Shown piece after piece: positions 61,089 through 64,000 of a stretch of 64,000 nucleotides of DNA. How positions within the stretch are numbered: the stretch's first letter is position 1; each line of letters begins with the position of its first letter. The position numbers were made by a program, and so were the translations under genes. The notes beneath the pieces were generated by a model. The model was not told the origin of the DNA, did no database searches, and saw only the letters and a list, made by a program, of their open reading frames with translations. The stretch comes from Anaeramoeba ignava BMAN (Eukaryota; Protista; Anaeramoebae), in contig JAPDFW010000109.1 in assembly GCA_028826165.1 (NCBI GenBank), positions 134,388-198,387 on the forward strand, given 5' to 3'.

Positions 61089-63841
61089 ATGAATAATAAA
61101 ACTTTATTTTCATTTCTAACTTTAATTTTAATACTTTTTAATTATTCAATTTCAACAACAGGATTAATTTGGACACAAACAGGAATATTAATTTCAAATG
61201 ATGGACAAACAAATGATGATTTTGGACAATCAGTTTCAATGTCAGAAAATTATGCAGTTATTGGTTCACCAAAATCTCAAGTTGGAAACAACACAGAACA
61301 AGGAAAAGTCTATCTTTTTCAAAATAACAGTTCAAATTGGGTTCAATATCGACATTGACAGCTAGTGATGGTAATTCAAGTGATAATTTTGGATTTTCTG
61401 TTTCAAATTTCTCAAGATGAAAATTATATTATTGTTGGTGCTTTTGCCGCCAAAGTCGGAAGTAATTATTATCAAGGAAAAACTTATGTTTTTCAAAATT
61501 TGGATAAAATTGGATTGAAAAAAATTTTGACGTAGTAATGATAAATTTGGTGATTTTTGGATTCAATTGGAATTTCTCAAGATGATAATTATATTATTGT
61601 TGGTGCTTATGCTGCTCAAAGTTGAAATTATTCTGAGCAAGGAAAAGCTTATATTTTCCAAAATAACGGAAACAAATTTTGAAAAGCAAAGTGTTGGTAT
61701 TTCTCAAATCGTTTTTGGTTGGGTGTTGGTATAATTTCTAGAAAGAAATTTGCTATAATTCCGTTTGCACCCAATGTTGTGAACTCTTCTGAACAAGGAA
61801 AATCTTATGTTTTTGAAAAATAACGGAACAAAATTGAAAATCAAATTTTGAGCAACCTGACAGCTAATGTTAATTTAGTGATAATTTTGGATATTCGTTG
61901 GAATTTCTCGGAGTAAGAATTATCTTATTGTTGGTTCTCCTTTTATAAAATGTTTCAGATAAATTTTATCAGGGAAAGCTTATCTTTTTGAAATGAATGG
62001 TTCAAATTGGATTCAACAAGAAATTTTGACAGCTAGTGATGGAAATGCTGGTGATTTTTGGACTTTCTGGTTCAAATTTCTTCTAATTTCTCAATTATTG
62101 GTGCTCCTTATGCAACTGCTAACAATAATACTTATCAGGAAAAGCTTATATTTTTCAAAATAATGGCTCAGCTTGGAATGATGAAACAATTTTATTTTTC
62201 AAGTGATGGCCAAATTGTGACTATTTTGGTAAAAAGCGTAAATCTCTATATATTCATCCTTTATTGTTTGGTGCTTCTCATGCAAATGTGAATAATAATT
62301 CTTTCCGAAATGGAAATCTATGTTTTTACTACTTCTTCTTCCATTCCTCAAGTTAGTATTCAAAGTTGTGTTTCTTTATTTTCTCAATTTACTTGCTGGA
62401 AATCAAATTATTGGTTCAAATTTTTGATTATCAAATTTATTGATCAACAATGGATTTCACCAAAAATCCTCTTTTGAACAATTCAATTTATTCTCAATTA
62501 TTCAATTCTTCTCAATATCCCAATATTTCTGAAATGTTGATTATTCAATCCAAATTCGCGCTTGGCGATTCTTTTTATGAATGTGTTTTTGGTGATGCTT
62601 CTAATCCATGAATTTAACTGTGAATTGATTCTGTTAAGAATTGTATCATTTCTCTTTTAACAAAAATTATTGCTAAATTTCGTTTTGGGATTATCCTATT
62701 CTTTTAATTCAACTCCAAAAACCGATCATTGCATCATTTCATATCAATCAAACTTTTTCAAATCAACTCAATATCATTCCCCTTTTCAAAATTCGCGTAA
62801 TTTAACCTCAATTATTATCAAACACAAATTATTCAGTTTCAATTTGTTGTTCAAAATGAAGAATGTTTAAAATCAAAATCAAGGAGAATTGTTTATTTGG
62901 AAAATATTTACAATTGGAAGAAAAGTTTACAATTTCAATTCAAAGCCATTAAGTAATATTGAATGTAATTGGGCTTCAGGTTCAAGAATTCCAAATAAAA
63001 TGCTTTTTCATATTCATCAAATGATTCAAATGATTCAAATTCAATTAAATTACAACAACATCATGCGGCATTAATTCCAAAATGAAGAATATAAATTATC
63101 AAGCATATGATTCCAATTCAATTGTTGGAGATATTTCAATAATCAATATTAAAAACAAAAGAAACAAAACCAAAATATTTTATATATGGAAATAGAATTC
63201 AAGAATTCCAAATTAACTTAGTAAAAGCCCAGGATATTTAATTTCATTGACAATAGAAACATGGAATCATTTGATCAGAAATTAATGAAAGTGAGAAAAT
63301 GTTTATGAATTAAAGATAATGACTGTTCAGGAAATTTTTATGATTATTTTAATTAGTGATTCAGAATCAACATGTAATATATCATTATTAGGGCGTCAAT
63401 TCATCGGTATCAGTTTCCAATTTGCAAAATAAAATATTGAATCGTGGTAAAGAGACACCAAAATGTAATTGAAAATGGATTATCAGAAGGTAGTGGTTAG
63501 CAACAAGAGAATTTCTAAATTCAAATCAAAACAGAATTTACACACAAAAGAAGGAGAAGTTTATTTGATTAGCTTTTTGCATCAGCACTTGAAATATTAT
63601 TTAGCAATAGTTATTCTGTTTTCTTCCTAATGTCTTGCTGTTTTGACTGTTTCGGTTCCAAACTACAAGTTCTGGTTCTAGCAAAGCGGGGAGCTAATTG
63701 GCAGCTGTTATTGTTCCTATTATTGCAACCAATTGTATTATTGCTATTGTTTTGATTCAAAAGAAACAACAAATATATATGATCAACTTTCTCAAAATAA
63801 ACTTTTAGTTTCACATGATGATAAATCGAGAATTTGATTAA
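61089..63841 (+). pseudogene. Inverted (head-to-head) paralogue of the FG-GAP/FN3 membrane protein, heavily frameshifted (pseudogene or low-quality assembly)
   Basis: Intact first ~85 codons (ISNDGQTNDDFGQSVS...QGKVYLFQ), then collinear nucleotide similarity to the 58048..60906 gene through the TM-coding region, with many indels. Confidence 0.7.
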
Positions 63842-64000
63842 TTCAAATAAAAATTTGGTGCGTTTAAATCAAATCAATTTAAAACCAAATCAAAAATAAA
63901 TCAAAATACGAATTCAATTCAATTAATTTTATCAATTCAATTTAATTCCAATCAAATAAACTCAAAAAGTAAATTTAATTTAGACACTTAATTTCATCAA

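Noticed and set aside
1-64000. Inteins, transposons or telomeric repeats
   Set aside because: No Hint/LAGLIDADG motifs, transposase or RT ORFs, terminal repeats or G-rich telomeric arrays were recognised.

Overview
Extremely AT-rich eukaryotic (protist) nuclear DNA with spliceosomal introns and the standard genetic code. The RCC1-BTB/ankyrin-BTB expansion, N/Q hexamer microsatellites and TCATTTT start-proximal motifs suggest an Anaeramoeba-like metamonad; this is an inference that I have not verified. The left part (1-25.7 kb) holds single-copy genes: a PC4/SUB1 3' end, a TopoVIB-like meiotic protein, a pseudokinase-ART(PARP-like) fusion, tRNA-Leu(AAG) inside a ~154-bp satellite, a 7-exon VPS9-STB6-like fusion, NOM1/Sgd1, an N/Q-rich protein and a 9-exon ATG9. 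ATG9 intron 1 is a near-textbook U12-type AT-AC intron. The right part (25.7-58 kb) is an array of 11 close RCC1-BTB paralogues in three orientation blocks separated by (AAAATT)n. Their BTB tails are nearly invariant, while short loops of the propeller are hypervariable and shared in a patchwork. Interleaved are a divergent actin, an ankyrin-BTB gene and a divergent RCC1-BTB gene. The window ends with a head-to-head pair of FG-GAP/FN3 membrane protein genes, the second heavily disrupted. Many single-base frameshifts look like long-read or polishing errors. All family calls come from motif recognition by eye; no database searches were run.
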